Source: Octopus sinensis (lineage: Eukaryota). From it: a stretch of 64,000 nt of DNA. The notes under the pieces were generated by a model. That model saw nothing but the letters and a program-made list of their open reading frames with translations. It was not told the origin of the DNA and did not search any database. The position numbers were made by a program, and so were the translations under genes. Each line of letters starts with the position of its first letter. The first letter of the stretch is position 1. The stretch is from assembly GCF_006345805.1 (NCBI RefSeq), contig NC_042998.1:138384001-138448000 (forward strand), written 5' to 3'. Of the stretch, positions 1 through 13,047 are shown in pieces.

Positions 1-70
1 AAGGGAGAGAAAAAAATGTGACCTGCTAAAATAATTGTCTCTTTTAACTAGGTAAAGGTGATATTATAAA

Positions 71-228
71 GGTGTAGCTGTGTGGTAAGAAGCTTGCTTC
101 TCAACCCCATGGTTCTTGGTTCAGTTCCGCTGCGTGGAACCTTGGGCATGTGTTTCTACTCAGGTCGATTAAAGCCCTGTGAGTGGATTTGATAAGCGGA
201 AACTGGAAGAAGCATGTCATACACACAC

Positions 229-326
<98 letters not shown>

Positions 327-562
327 TTATGTGCGTGTGTGTCTTTGCGTCTGTGTTTGTCCGCCCTACTATCGCTTGACAATCGATATTGGTGTGTTTA
401 TGACCCCGTAACTTACTGGTTCGGCTAAAGAGACCGATAGAATAAGTACAAGGCTAACACAGAATAAGTCCTGGGGTCGATTTCTTCAGAGATAAAACCC
501 TTTAAGGCGTTGCTCTAGCATAGCTACAGTCAAATGACTGAAACAAGTAGAAGTGTAAAAGA

Positions 563-565
<3 letters not shown>
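71..565 (+). mobile_element. SINE family S1: tRNA-like head, central (TA)n, 3' body
   Basis: Head gtgtggtaagaagcttgc...ggaaactggaagaagc and tail cgcttgacaatcg...gaccgatagaataagtac...aaatgactgaaacaag recur many times in the window. Confidence 0.8.
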
Positions 566-608
<43 letters not shown>

Positions 609-844
609 TATTTAACCATTGGAAATTCTTATTTAACGACAATTGTTTCGCGGCTTAATAAAACATGGATACATAGTTTATTTTATTATATTTTACAATA
701 AGTAATAAATTACTTACATGTCTGCATTAATATAAGCAATTTTCAAATTAATGTAGATATTAAGCTAACTCTTCGGGTAAAAAGAAATCCATGTTAAAAA
801 ATAATCCCTCGACATAGCGTTTCATGAACGCAAGGTCAATATTA

Positions 845-1500
845 GGAAACGAAAACTTTAAAAATAGTGAAGGCAAAAACAATAACATTAATAGAAATTC
901 TTTTCTAAAGAAGGGAAGGGAGATTTAGTAAGATATTAAAAAGTAACTAGTAGATAATTTTGGTGTAAGAAAAAGAAAAATTATATATTTATCATTAATA
1001 ACTTAGAAAAGGAAAGATCGTAAAGATTGAGAAAGATAATAACAAAGCGAAACTAAGTTAGAGCTCTTAAAAGACAATGTTTACGAAATATAGGGATTGA
1101 TATCAACAAGAAAAATCTCAACAGCATTAAATTGAAAATTAGAAGATCAAAGATATAAGTAAATATTTAAAAAAAAGGAATCTTAAAAATTATGGAAGAC
1201 AATAACAATGAAATTAATAGAAATTAATAAGACGGTTTTCTAAGAAGGGAGGGGAAATTTGGTATGATATTAAAAAGTAACTACTAGATAATTATGGTAT
1301 AAGAAAAGGAAAAACATATATTCATCGGTAATAAGCTAGAAAATGAAAGATCGTAGAGATAGAGAGAAAAAAATAATAACAAAGTGAAACCCAAATAAAA
1401 GTTCTTAGAGACAATGTTAACGAAATATGGGATTTACATCAACAAGAAAACTATGAACAACATTAAATAAAAAATTGAAGTTCAAATACATAAGCAAATA
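845..1500. repeat. Diverged tandem duplication, period about 334 bp
   Basis: gatattaaaaagtaacta[g/c]tagataatt occurs at 932 and 1266, with colinear similarity over the whole unit. Confidence 0.75.
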
Positions 1501-1554
1501 GAGAATAGGCTGCAATGAAGAATAAGAGTAAGAATAAGTATAAGTGTATGTATG

Positions 1555-1587
<33 letters not shown>

Positions 1588-1755
1588 TGAAGACCAATGT
1601 TGGTGCGCTTACGTCCCCGTTATCTAGCGGTTCGGCAAAAGTTACCGATAGAATATGATCAAGCTTAAAAAGAGAATGAGTATTAGGGTCGATTAGTTTG
1701 ACTAAAATTCCTCAAGGCGGTGCCCAAGCACGGCCGCGGTCTAAAACAATTAAAG

Positions 1756-1829
<74 letters not shown>

Positions 1830-1833
<4 letters not shown>

Positions 1834-2000
1834 GGAATTTGCAAGAAACAAAAGGATGAAGACAGGTGTGTAAACAACAAGCAGACAAGCAGGTGTATTA
1901 GTTTAATGCTCGGGAAGGTGAGAAAGTCTTTTACGTTTCGAGCCTACGCTCTTCAACAGAAAAGAACACGATGAAATAAACAGAGAGAGAATAAAAAAAG
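1830..2000 (-). mobile_element. PLE pLTR-like fragment (family M) with a minimal HHR-like motif at 1928-1963
   Basis: Minus strand reads UUUU-CUGUUGA-A-GAGC GUAG GCUC-GAAA-CG-UA-AAAG and ends in (TA)n. Same family at 30660-30830. Confidence 0.6.
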
Positions 2001-2136
2001 AAAGCTTTAGTAGCTAGCGGTCAATCATGGCAATATATATAGAGATAAGCAAATCATTTATTCTCAAATGCAGAATAATACTAAAAGAATAGCAGGAACG
2101 AGGTAAAATATATTTCGCAGAAAATTTTGCCAGCGG

Positions 2137-2206
2137 TCAGCCATGAGACTTGAACTCACATCTCTGTGATTACCAGTCACGGTGCTTTACCATAAGCTAA
2201 AATGCC
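2137..2206 (-). mobile_element. tRNA-derived SINE head, not a functional tRNA
   Basis: A-box-like TAGCTTATGG, B-box GAGTTCAAGTC and an anticodon-like arm are present, but the acceptor stem does not pair. Confidence 0.55.
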
Positions 2207-2327
2207 CACCGACAAATTTATAAACTCACACGCCGAAGGTCTGTGACTAGTTTGGTAAGTGCCGACGCACGAAACTTTCGGAACTTGACTCACTCTATTA
2301 CTTCTGCTAAGTATTAATAAATATATA

Positions 2328-2371
<44 letters not shown>

Positions 2372-2599
2372 TGTGCATCTCTTATATTTTATATTGTTTC
2401 AGTCATTAGATTGCGGCCATGCTAGAGCACCACCTCGAGTGATTTTAGTCGAGCTAATCGGCCCAGTACTTATTTTCCTTTTAAGTCTGGTACATATTCC
2501 CATCGGTTTCTTTTCCCGAATCTGTAACTTCTGTTGATTATTACTAAAAAAGTATACCCACGCCCTCATATATATACATACATACATACATGCATACAG

Positions 2600-2990
2600 A
2601 TTTCTCTCTTCTCTCCTACTCTCTTTCTCTCCCCCTCCTTCTCTCTTCCCTCCTTCCCTTTTCCCTCCTCCCCTCCTTCCCTCTTCCCTCCTTCCCTTTT
2701 CCCTCCTCCCCTCCTTCCCTCCTGCCCTCTTACTCTCTTTCTCTCTTCTCTCCTCCTCTCTCTCCTCACATACCCACCTTCCCCTACCTCATAAACCCAC
2801 CCACCCCTACACCACCTTCTCTATCCTTCCCATCCCCATCCCACCCCATCCTATCCCACACACCCTTCCCCACATACCCCACCTCTACCCCACCCTCTGT
2901 CTACCCACAACCCCCACTCTACCCCACCCTATGTCTACCCACAACCCCCACTCTACCCTAGCCGAACCCATACCCCACCCGTGCTTTCCC
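2600..2990. repeat. Polypyrimidine/C-rich low-complexity tract
   Basis: Runs of cttccc, ctctc and accccac. Confidence 0.85.
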
Positions 2991-3356
2991 CATTCTCACC
3001 TGCCCCACCTCCCCACAACATCACACCATACTTCCTTATGTCTTTTTCTGTTACCTTTAACCATGGTTTTTCTTGTGCTTGTGTGTATATAGACGTATGT
3101 ATGAACTTTTACGGTACGCGTGTGTGTGTGTATGAGTTTGTATATAATGCGTATACATTTGGCGAAGATGTGTACGTTTTCATAGTGACGTATAAGTACG
3201 CACATGGGTCCGCGAGCGCACATGTGAGCGTATGACTAGCCATGTTTACGTGTTTACTATGAACTTTTAATCTTAATTTATATAAGTAGCAGAATTATAA
3301 CACAGTAATTTCCCTTTATATAACAGTATTTTTTCATGGTGTTTTTCAGATGGCCA

Positions 3357-3417
3357 GATAACCGAAGAGATGGTGTTGTGGATTTCCACTTCGGCATCTG
3401 AAACACAGAGTTTTATC
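3357..3417 (+). ncRNA. Degenerate type I hammerhead ribozyme
   Basis: Stem I GAUAA/UUAUC, core CCGAAGA (U4C), stem II GAUG/CAUC with inner GUGG/CCAC hairpin, GAAA, stem III ACACAGAGU with one mismatch, GUU site. Confidence 0.55.
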
Positions 3418-3452
3418 TTGACTATTGAGTAATTGTAACATATATTTTATAG

Positions 3453-3493
<41 letters not shown>

Positions 3494-3533
3494 GAATACA
3501 CACACACACACACACACACACCACACACACACC

Positions 3534-3594
<61 letters not shown>

Positions 3595-3595
<1 letters not shown>

Positions 3596-4517
3596 TGGGT
3601 CATCCTATAAATAATACAGTTTTTCAATTGTATGAACTAAACATCGGAGGGGATCGGGAATAAACTACATGCATCAACTTACTATAAAAGCAGATTGTGA
3701 TTTTATCTTGTCCTTATTTTTAGTGCAAGTTTTGAAGAGTGCAGTTCAATTTTAGCAGTTATTTTTTAAAAGCTATAATGAAAGTGACAAAGGAGCATAT
3801 TCGGTATATTTTACTTTATGAGTTCAATAAAGGCAAAAACGTAACGGAAAGTGCGAGGAATATTAATGCAGTATATGGGGATCGGACAATATGTGTAAGC
3901 CAATGTCAACGGTGGTTCCAGAAATTCCAAGCCCAAAACTACAGCCTAGAAGACGAGCCTCGTCCTGGAAGATCTTTAGAGCTCGACGAGGACGTCCAGA
4001 AAACCCTGGACATCCAGCAAACCATCGTAACTGTTGAGGAACTAGCATAGAAGCATGGATTTGGTAATTCAACCATTCATCGACACCTACGTGCCATCGG
4101 GAAAGTCAACAAATTGGGTTACAAGACGAAAGGTGTTCTTCCACATACAGTTCGGCCACATACAGCGAGGATGGCATTCCAAAGGCTGGAACAGTTTGAA
4201 TGTGAAACGATGCCTTACCCACCATATTCACTGGAGATTGCTCCATCTGATTATCATTTATTCCGCAGTCTTCAAAATCATTTGAACGGAATAAATATGA
4301 ATTCTGTAGACGAGGTCAGAACAATATTGGAAGAGTACTTTTCGTCACGGACAAGTGAATTTTGGAAGAGGGGCTTCGCAAGTCAAGCGGATAGATGGAA
4401 GAGCATTGTATAAAATGAAGGAGAGTATATTCTAAATTAAAAAAGGACTTTGTTTATCTTAATTTTGAAAAATAAAAGAAGTATTAAAAAAACCGCATTA
4501 TTTATGGGATGAGCCAA
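3595..4517 (+). mobile_element. Mariner transposon, internally deleted
   Basis: TA-flanked imperfect TIRs (ctgggtcatcctataaataat / attatttatgggatgagccaa). HTH region HIRYILLYEFNKG and C-terminal YSLEIAPSDYHLFRSLQ are present; the WVPH-TGDE segment is missing. Confidence 0.92.
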
Positions 4518-5996
4518 TATACATATATATAAAAATTTTGACAGGCGTGCTAACAGTTCTGCAAGCTCGCCGCCCTCAAACTTAGTTATAAATAATAGTT
4601 TATAATACATTGGGTTACAAACCTCCTCAACAGTAGAAGGGCGAAAATCTGCTTTCACTTTGAGATATTGCATTCTAAATATAAACTAACTTTTTCGCAG
4701 ATAACATAACAGCGCCTATCTCGGTGGATGGAAGTTGGAAAAACTACTTTAATACAATTTGTAGTAAATATATCTGGGTCACAAAAATATATGGTTCAAG
4801 TCGATCAAGCAGCTTTCTGTCGTTTTTTCTTTTGTTTTTTCATCCAAGTATTCTTTTCTTTTTTTTTTAATAACTTAATATTATAAAACAATTCACTTCG
4901 AAAAAAATTGTTAATAAAGATTTATTTATTTATTTATTGATGCTTTCAAATTTACACCAAAAAATTTAATGATGTTTTAATTTTGCAAAGAGGAAAACGA
5001 TATTGTGTAATATTTATACCTAGTACAAGGGTATATTAGCAATGTATATATAACAATGAAATAGATATGACCGTGAAATGAAACCGGTTTACTGACTCAG
5101 CAAGCCGGATGCTTATTTAAACATACCCCCACCATACTTCTCGCTCTGTCCCTTATCCGCGCTCTCTCGCCCTCTCTCCGCTGTTTCTCTCTTACACCTC
5201 AAGATATTTTTATTGCATTTACAAACTCTTCTTTTCGTTCCACCTTTAAAGTCACTTTACTTCGGTACCTTTTTATTTCTATTATATTTGATTTGTTTGT
5301 TTTGTCATTTCTTCATTTTTTTATACCTTTTTGTTGTAGCTGTTGTTGTCGTCATCGTCGTAATTGTGAACTCAGTCAAAGGTTCTCAACCATCTCTGCC
5401 CGCACCTTTTCTCTTCCAGTCTTCACATAGCTTTTGACCCGTATTATTTAGTTACAGCTAATATTACGACAAACGCCATGTTTTCTCTCTCTCTCTCTCT
5501 CCCTCTCTCCCTCCCCCTCTCTCTCTCTCTCTCTCTCTGTCATGTTTACAATAGCATAATTATAACAGTTATGGCCGAAACCAGATTTACAGAAAAAACA
5601 AAAACAGAAAATAATAAAATAAATGAAAGAAACTGACATTTTTTCCTGCTTTTTGACCCGAACTGACAACAAAAGTCTAGCAATGATATCCGATGAATGG
5701 AACTCCGACAGGAAATTGGGAAATAGTAAATGAACGAATGAATAACTTAAAACAAAGCGAACCACTTATGAACACGATGAAACGACAAAGGGACGTGTCC
5801 AGAAAAATGGAAAAATATTATATTAGATTTATTATTTATTAATTTCTGAGCCAGCATCTCCGAGCAGATGATCCAATAGAAACAAAAAATATTGTTTAAA
5901 TGACTTCTTAATTTAATGTAAAATGTTAATTATACTGTTTTTATACAGTTTCATTTTCTATTTTTCTGTGTCATATTACTACAGCCAATCGTATGT

Positions 5997-6367
5997 AAAT
6001 TAACTAGGTTGACAGGACGAAGTGAATAGACTTGCTAGTGAATCGATATTTGGCTTGCAACGGATTACCGTGAGTGCTAATATAAAGCAAGCGACCGTAT
6101 TTTGCTTTTGTATTTTGTTTGCAAGATTCTTGATGTGAGTTCGAGTGTTGAAAGATATTTTGTTGTATCTCAGGAGTAGAACTGGAGTAGAGAGGACATC
6201 TATTGATGAAGTCACGAATGGCGACGGAAAGACTTTAACAAACCTGTCTGATTGATTGACCGAAAGATTAATCAAACAATTGATTAGTTAACCAACTGAC
6301 AAATAAATAATACAGAAGTGAAACAGAATCTAGTCTATTTATTTCGTCCTGTCAACCTAGTTAATTT
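5997..6367. mobile_element. MITE with 25-26 bp perfect terminal inverted repeats
   Basis: (t)aaattaactaggttgacaggacgaa at 5996-6021 and its exact reverse complement at 6343-6368; no ORF. Confidence 0.85.
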
Positions 6368-6719
6368 ATGTGTTTATTATTGACACTATACCTTCCCGAC
6401 GCACAACAAAATGAAAATATTTTGTAAAATAATTATCATATGATTGTATACTAAGTTTATAAATAGCGCAGAAGATATGAAATACATGAATTTGGCGGCA
6501 GAGAAATGAAATAGAATAAAACGGAACGCTGAGCGACGATCGCATCTTTCGTTTACGGCTATCAAAATTACCCCGTGTCTGTCTACATGCCAGGTTGATG
6601 CCAAATCACCGAACTCTGCTCTGGTTCCGTAATACAATCTTCCTGTTTCAAACTTAACTAAATTAAAACATGGCATCAAAATTTCATGTTAACTTCTGTA
6701 CCAAACACTAGCTTAATTG

Positions 6720-7350
6720 TTGTTTCAAAACTTGGCACAGGTTGGTAATTTTAGAAGGAAGAAGTTTGTCGATTTAGATCGATCGCTGTACTTGACTGGT
6801 ACTTATTTTATCAACTCATAAAGGCTGAAAAACAAAGTCGACCTCTGCGTGATTTGAGTTCAGCTAAGCATTTTATCCGACACGCTAATGATTCTGCCGT
6901 CTTAAACCTTTCTACTGTAGGCACAAGGCCTGAAATTTAGAAAGAGAGGGACAAGTCAATTGCATTTACCCCAGTACTTAACTGGAACTTATTTTATCGA
7001 CAACGAAAGGATGGAAGGTAAAGTTGCCCTCGGCGGAATTCGGGCTCAGCACGTAAAAAGCCGGAAGAAATGCAACTAAGCACTTGGTCCGGCGTGCTAC
7101 CAATTCTGCCAACTCGACATCTTACACAGGCTTATAATGGTTTCAAATTTTGGTACAAGGCCAGCAATTTGGGGGGGGGGATCAAGTCGATTACATCGAA
7201 TCCAATGTTCAACTGGTATTTATATCATCGACCCCAAAAGGATGAAAGGCAGAGCCGACACCGGCAGGATTTGAACTCAGAGCATAAAGATAGATGAAAT
7301 GCCGCTAGAATCTCGCCCGGCGTGCAAACGGTTCTGCCAGCTTGCTGCCT
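6720..7350 (-). mobile_element. Cluster of three SINE family S2 copies
   Basis: Reverse complements of gagttcaaattccgccgaggtcgactttgcctttcatcc...gtaccagt, the S2 core found across the window. Confidence 0.75.
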
Positions 7351-7907
7351 TACATCTGCTTAATAATAATAATAATAATTAATTTACTTAGTTCTTCATT
7401 ATTTTCAAAATTAATTGAAACAAGGGCAATGCATTTTACTACAAATATGGTTATAAAAGGTTTACAGTGCTAAAATCATGTTTAACTCAAGGAAATGACT
7501 GACATGCTGAAAGATTTAATGATATGGTGGAATAAGTGGTGCCTTCATCAGCTTTACAACGTTATTCCGAGTTCCGAGTATGTATCTGTTCAAGAAAATT
7601 CAAGTTTGTTGTTACCATGTATGTAAAAAGAAAGCGCTATCATTAACAAACTCGAATTGAATGACAAAATTTCATTATGCATATTATTTTTTAACATTAA
7701 TATTTTCATTTTGGTTTCCTTTGTTTATAGTTAGAGGTTTTCCATATTTATAATCCTGTTCGTCCAAGAATATATGTGTTGGGGAACATGTTAGAACCAT
7801 GACTATCTAGGAGAATCCCAAGATATGTTTTAATGCAGACCGCACACACACTCTCTTCTCTTTTCGTTTCGTTCTCTCTCTTCTTCGCTCTCTCCTCCTT
7901 TTCTCTC

Positions 7908-7967
<60 letters not shown>

Positions 7968-8178
7968 CTTCTCCTCTCTCTCTCTCTCTGTCCTTATCAG
8001 TCAATGAGATAGTTGTTATGTGGCTATTGAGTTGTTTTGACTCTTAATTGTAGCAATGCTGGTACAACTTAGAACCTTAAGTCACTTTAGTGACGTCTAT
8101 AAGTTTGCCCTTAGATTGTTAAAATGCTAATAAGCCACCCATATGATATATATATACCTATATATATATATATATGTA

Positions 8179-8445
8179 GGTCCCGGGTTGAGTCGGGGTT
8201 AACCACAGTAAATAAGGTACTCAATACATAGCAGAGTAAATTAATTTATTAATAGAAGGAGCTTCTACAGGACTAGAACTGTTTTTCATTCAAGAAATCA
8301 TCAGGAAGCTAGTAGACAAGAGTTGTTTTGGCATTATACATTTAGGCAGGTTTTAATGGGTGGTGGTGGGGGACTTTTTTGGGGTAGGCATGGCGCAAAA
8401 CTATCATTATTAGGGGAGTGGTCAAAGGAATCGGTGGTAAAGTAG
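8179..8445 (-). mobile_element. HHR-bearing element family A (HHR 8260-8310, GAAA expanded to GAAAAA)
   Basis: Minus strand AGCUUC-CUGAUGA-UUUCUUGAAU-GAAAAA-CAG..CUG-UA-GAAGCU. The 3' end gggaccta abuts (TA)n, the same end as at 22491. Confidence 0.8.
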
Positions 8446-9330
8446 ATAAAAGAATAAATAAAAGAATAAAAGAATAAATAGAAAAATAGAGTTTTAGGTA
8501 AGTAAGGAGACTCTCACTTGTACATCTACATATATATATATATATACACCCACATATTCACATATATCTATATATATACATACATACACACATATACATA
8601 CATATACATATATATATACATACATATACATATATATATACATATATATATACATATATATACACATACCCATGTACATACACACAAATACACATATACA
8701 TATATATATATGTATACACACTCGCACATATATATACACATACACACATATGCACATGCATATACATGCACACACATACACACACATTTTTATTCCCTTA
8801 TTTTAATTTTATTATTACTTTTGTTTATATCTTTATTTTTATCTTGACCTCGGTCAGCCGGTCTCAAGGGATGGTCTCTCTAAAGAGTCCATTTATCTAT
8901 CTACTCACTGATACAAACGCAAACACTCACTCACGCCCACACACTCACACGTACACTCATACCCATACACACACGCACGTGTTATATTCATACATACATA
9001 CATCTACATACATTCACGTATATTCACATACGTACACGTACCTACTGATTCATATCTACACGCATCACATACAACCTCAATACACCCACAGAAGACTAGT
9101 CCATACATATAACACTAAAAATATATATACACATATACACATACACATACATACACATACATACATATACATATATATATACATATATATACATATACAT
9201 ATACATACACATATACATTCATACATATATACACATACACACATATATATATATGCGTACACATACACACACACACGCGCGCATCTATATATACACAAAA
9301 GTACAAATGCCAAAACAACTCTTGTCTACT

Positions 9331-9381
9331 AGCTTCCTGATGATTTCTTTTGAATGAAACAGTTCTAGTCCCGTAGAAGCT
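9331..9381 (+). ncRNA. Type I hammerhead ribozyme, family A
   Basis: Stem I AGCUUC/GAAGCU, CUGAUGA, stem II UUC/GAA with a U-U closing mismatch, GAAA, stem III with one mismatch, GUA site. Confidence 0.75.
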
Positions 9382-9423
9382 CCTTCTATATAATAAAATA
9401 AAAATTAAAAAAATATATATATA

Positions 9424-10380
9424 CAAGTAGTATAGCCCGGCGTTGCCTGGGATTAAGTTAAGATTATTAAGCTAATCAAGCTTATATATTCAATAACGAA
9501 CCATGTAATTCACACTCTGGAAAATTTATTTTTGTACAATGTTGGTAAATTTCCGAGGTTTCCACCTCACCCCAACCCGTTTTTCGGCTACAAAATGGTT
9601 TTGTAGCATATTAGGTCACAGGAATTCATTCAACGAAAAAAAAAAAATTCCCAATGATTCCGGGGTGGGGTCCCCCCTCGAACCCCTTTTTTCCGATCGA
9701 AAATAAGGGATTTGTAGCATATTAGGAGGTCAGGGTACTTGATTCCACGCAAAAAAATCCGATTTTCATTTTTTTTTTTCCTTAGTGAAAATCGTGCGGG
9801 TGAAATTTCCAAGGCTTCCACCTCATCCCACCCCATTTTTCGGACTCCAAAAAAAGGATTTGTAGTATATTGGAAGGTTACAGGAATCCATTCAACGAAA
9901 AATAAAATTCCAATGATTCCGGGATGGGGTGGGGGGCCACCTCACTCTATTCCCCTTTTTTCCGAACCAAAATAAGGGATTTGCAGCATATCAGTAAGTC
10001 AGGGTACTTGATTCCACGCAAAAAATTCCAGCTTTTTTTTCTAAGTGAAAATCGTGCGGCTGTTAATCTAGATGTTTATCCTTTGTTTTTCTTTTTGGCC
10101 ATTGCTAGACAGGGGACTTAACTCATGTTGGCAAACTTACGGATTTCACATTAGTGGAAATTGGTAAAAGTTATGGTTGAAAATCGATTTTTACCGCTAT
10201 CCGCAGATGTCTCGTGAAGAAAAAGTTGACAAAACACAGCCATGGTCATGACCAATGTCCTCCTAAAATTGGAGTGACATGCATACTAATTTCTAGACGT
10301 GTATAAATTACATTCACGTACACACACAACCACACACACACGCACACACACATCCTGCCTTATGCTCTAATATCTACACA
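9424..10380 (-). mobile_element. Non-autonomous Helitron-like element with internal ~257 bp tandem repeat
   Basis: Minus-strand 3' hairpin CCCAGGCAACGCCGGG followed by CTTG|T. Two internal copies start near 9549 and 9806. The 5' end is not resolved. Confidence 0.65.
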
Positions 10381-10499
10381 GCCTTGGTTTTTTTATCTTA
10401 TTACGCAAAAAATTCTTACATATACTTTACCATATGTGTATGTATATAATATTAAACATGTATGTATATATAATGTATATATATATGTATATATATATA

Positions 10500-10566
<67 letters not shown>

Positions 10567-10567
<1 letters not shown>

Positions 10568-10865
10568 TTGCAGTATCGCCCGGCGTTGCTCAGGTTTGTA
10601 AGGGAATTAACTATATAAGCATTTATAGAGAGTTACTTCCCTTATATAAACCGAGCGAACATGCATTAGAAATGCGGAAAAATTATGGTAATTTTTTTTT
10701 AAATCGTAGACCCATCGTAGACGCGCGCTAATACCCAGAAGGGCTCGATATGAATCACGACTATAAGATACCCGCTTTTGGTTAAACTGCACCGCAAAAT
10801 GTGGGAGTAGTTAGGAATCTAAATCGTAGGAGACAGACACACAACTTCTCTTTTATATATAAAGA
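10567..10865 (-). mobile_element. Non-autonomous Helitron, about 300 bp
   Basis: A|TCTTTATATATAAAA 5' end, 3' hairpin CCTGAGCAACGCCGGG, CAAG|T terminus, inserted in (TA)n. Confidence 0.8.
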
Positions 10866-10898
10866 TATATATATAAACATATGTATAAATATATGTAT

Positions 10899-12022
10899 AA
10901 ATAATAGTTATCGCCATACTAATATGGCATTCTTATAAAAATAAGAAAAAAGCTGTCCGCTTATTAGCTCCATGAGGCCATCGCCTTAAGTTAGCTATTT
11001 GATACACAAACTGTAACCATATAACCTTCGAACAAGGGAGGTCAGTCGCTCCACACTACTTGACCGGCAGCTACAGACGCGTTTCGGAGTATTGCCCCTT
11101 TTCAATGCAGCGTAGCCAGCCAGTAGGTGTCGCTTCCGACAATCTCTGTTCGATGGTTTTATTTACCTAGTTTCGGTGGAATACATCCACTTGTTTTCAA
11201 TAATAGAAATATTAAAATAACTAAGTCTCTCTAAAAGATAACAGTGGCAGCGTTCCTGGAAAATAATAGTTATCGCCATACTTATATGGCATTCTTATAA
11301 AAATAAGAAAAAAGCTGTCCGCTTATTAGCTCCATGAGGCCATCGCCTTAAGTTAGCTATTTGATACACAAACTGTATCCATATAACCTTCGAACAAGGG
11401 AGGTCAGTCGCTCCACACTATACTTGACCGGCAGCTACAGACGCGTTTTCGGGTATTGCCCCTTTTCAATGCAGGTTATATGGATACAGTTTGTGTATCA
11501 AATAGCTAACTTAAGGCGATGGCCTCATGGAGCTAATAAGCGGACAGCTTTTTTTCTATTTTTATAGAATGCCATATAAGTATGGCGATAACTATTATTT
11601 TCCGGGAACGCTGCCGCTGTTCTCTTTTAGAGAGACTTAGTTATTTTAATATTTCTATTATTGAAAACAAGTGGATGTATTCCACCGAAACTAGGTAAAT
11701 AAAACCATCGAACAGAGATTGTCGGAAGCGACACCTACTGGCTGGCTACGCTGCATTGAAAAGGGGCAATACCCCGAAACGCGACTGTAGCTGCAGGTCA
11801 AGTAGTGTGGAGCGACTGACCTCCCTTGTTCGAAGGTTATATGGATACAGTTTGTGTATCAAATAGCTAACTTAAGGCGATGGCCTCATGGAGCTAATAA
11901 GCGGACAGCTTTTTTCTTATTTTTATAAGAATGCCATATTAGTATGGCGATAACTATTATTTTCCGGGAACGCTGCCGCTGTTCTCTTTTAGAGAGACTT
12001 AGTTATTTTAATATTTCTATTA
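10899..12022. mobile_element. HHR-bearing element family B: ~362 bp unit, tandem plus head-to-head inversion at 11474/11475
   Basis: Marker tcgccatac at 10911 and 11273; inverted marker ggttatatggatac at 11474 and 11835; both outer ends lie in (TA)n. Confidence 0.9.
11070..11111 (-). ncRNA. Type I hammerhead ribozyme, U3-A8 core variant, family B
   Basis: GCUGCA-UUGAAAA-GGGG CAAUA CUCC-GAAA-CGCG-UC-UGUAGC. All three stems pair and stem III ACGCGU is palindromic. Other copies: 11434-11474(-), 11750-11791(+, GUC changed to GAC), 16242-16277(+). Confidence 0.85.
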
Positions 12023-12060
12023 TGTATAATATATATATATATATAATATATATTATATAT

Positions 12061-12105
<45 letters not shown>

Positions 12106-12587
12106 AACATATGTATAAGTACATATGTATAAATATGTTGTGTATGTATGTCTATATAATATAATATATACATAGATGCGCGCACTCACACTCACACACA
12201 CACATGTGTGTGCACAAGGAATAAACGGCAGTGTGATGGTGGTGGCAAGCCGAAAATTCGAAATCACTATCAATCTTTTCATTACAAATATTTAATAAAC
12301 ATCAACTCTATTTCAAGTGAGTAAACGAAAAAAAAAGTAGCATTCAACACATTTGTATGAGGTTACACGTATTCAATTTGAGATCAAACCCATCAGATGT
12401 TCGGAGAGAATAGAAAGAATTTCAATTTTATTCTGAATGGCTTCGTATTTAACCTTTATTGGTCAGCTCAGGTCACATGGTTGTTTTGCAATCTTGCCGA
12501 CGTCAGTTATTTATTATTAGATTTAGGTGGTATCGACAAGATGTCGACGAAACTTTGTCGGTATTGGAACACACACGCAGTATAAGA

Positions 12588-12687
12588 NNNNNNNNNNNNN
12601 NNNNNNNNNNNNNNNNNNNNNNNNNNNNNNNNNNNNNNNNNNNNNNNNNNNNNNNNNNNNNNNNNNNNNNNNNNNNNNNNNNNNNNN
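12588..12687. other. Assembly gap, 100 N
   Basis: Run of N; an S2 SINE sequence continues on the right side. Confidence 0.99.
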
Positions 12688-12954
12688 TGTCTTTACGTTC
12701 TGAGTTCAAATTTTGCCAAGGTCGTCTTTGCCTTTCATCCTTTCGGGGTAGATAAATTAAGTATCAGTTACGTACCGGGGTCAATCTAATCGACTGGTTC
12801 CCTCCCCCAAAATTTCGGGCTTTGTATCTGGAGTAGAAAAGATTATTAAGGGGAGCTGGCAAAATCGTTGCGTGTCGGGGAGAATGATTGCTGGCATTTT
12901 TCTGGCTCGTTACGTCCTCAGTTCAAATCCTTCTGATGTCAGCTTGGCCTTTTG

Positions 12955-12992
<38 letters not shown>

Positions 12993-12999
12993 AAACTAT

Positions 13000-13047
<48 letters not shown>

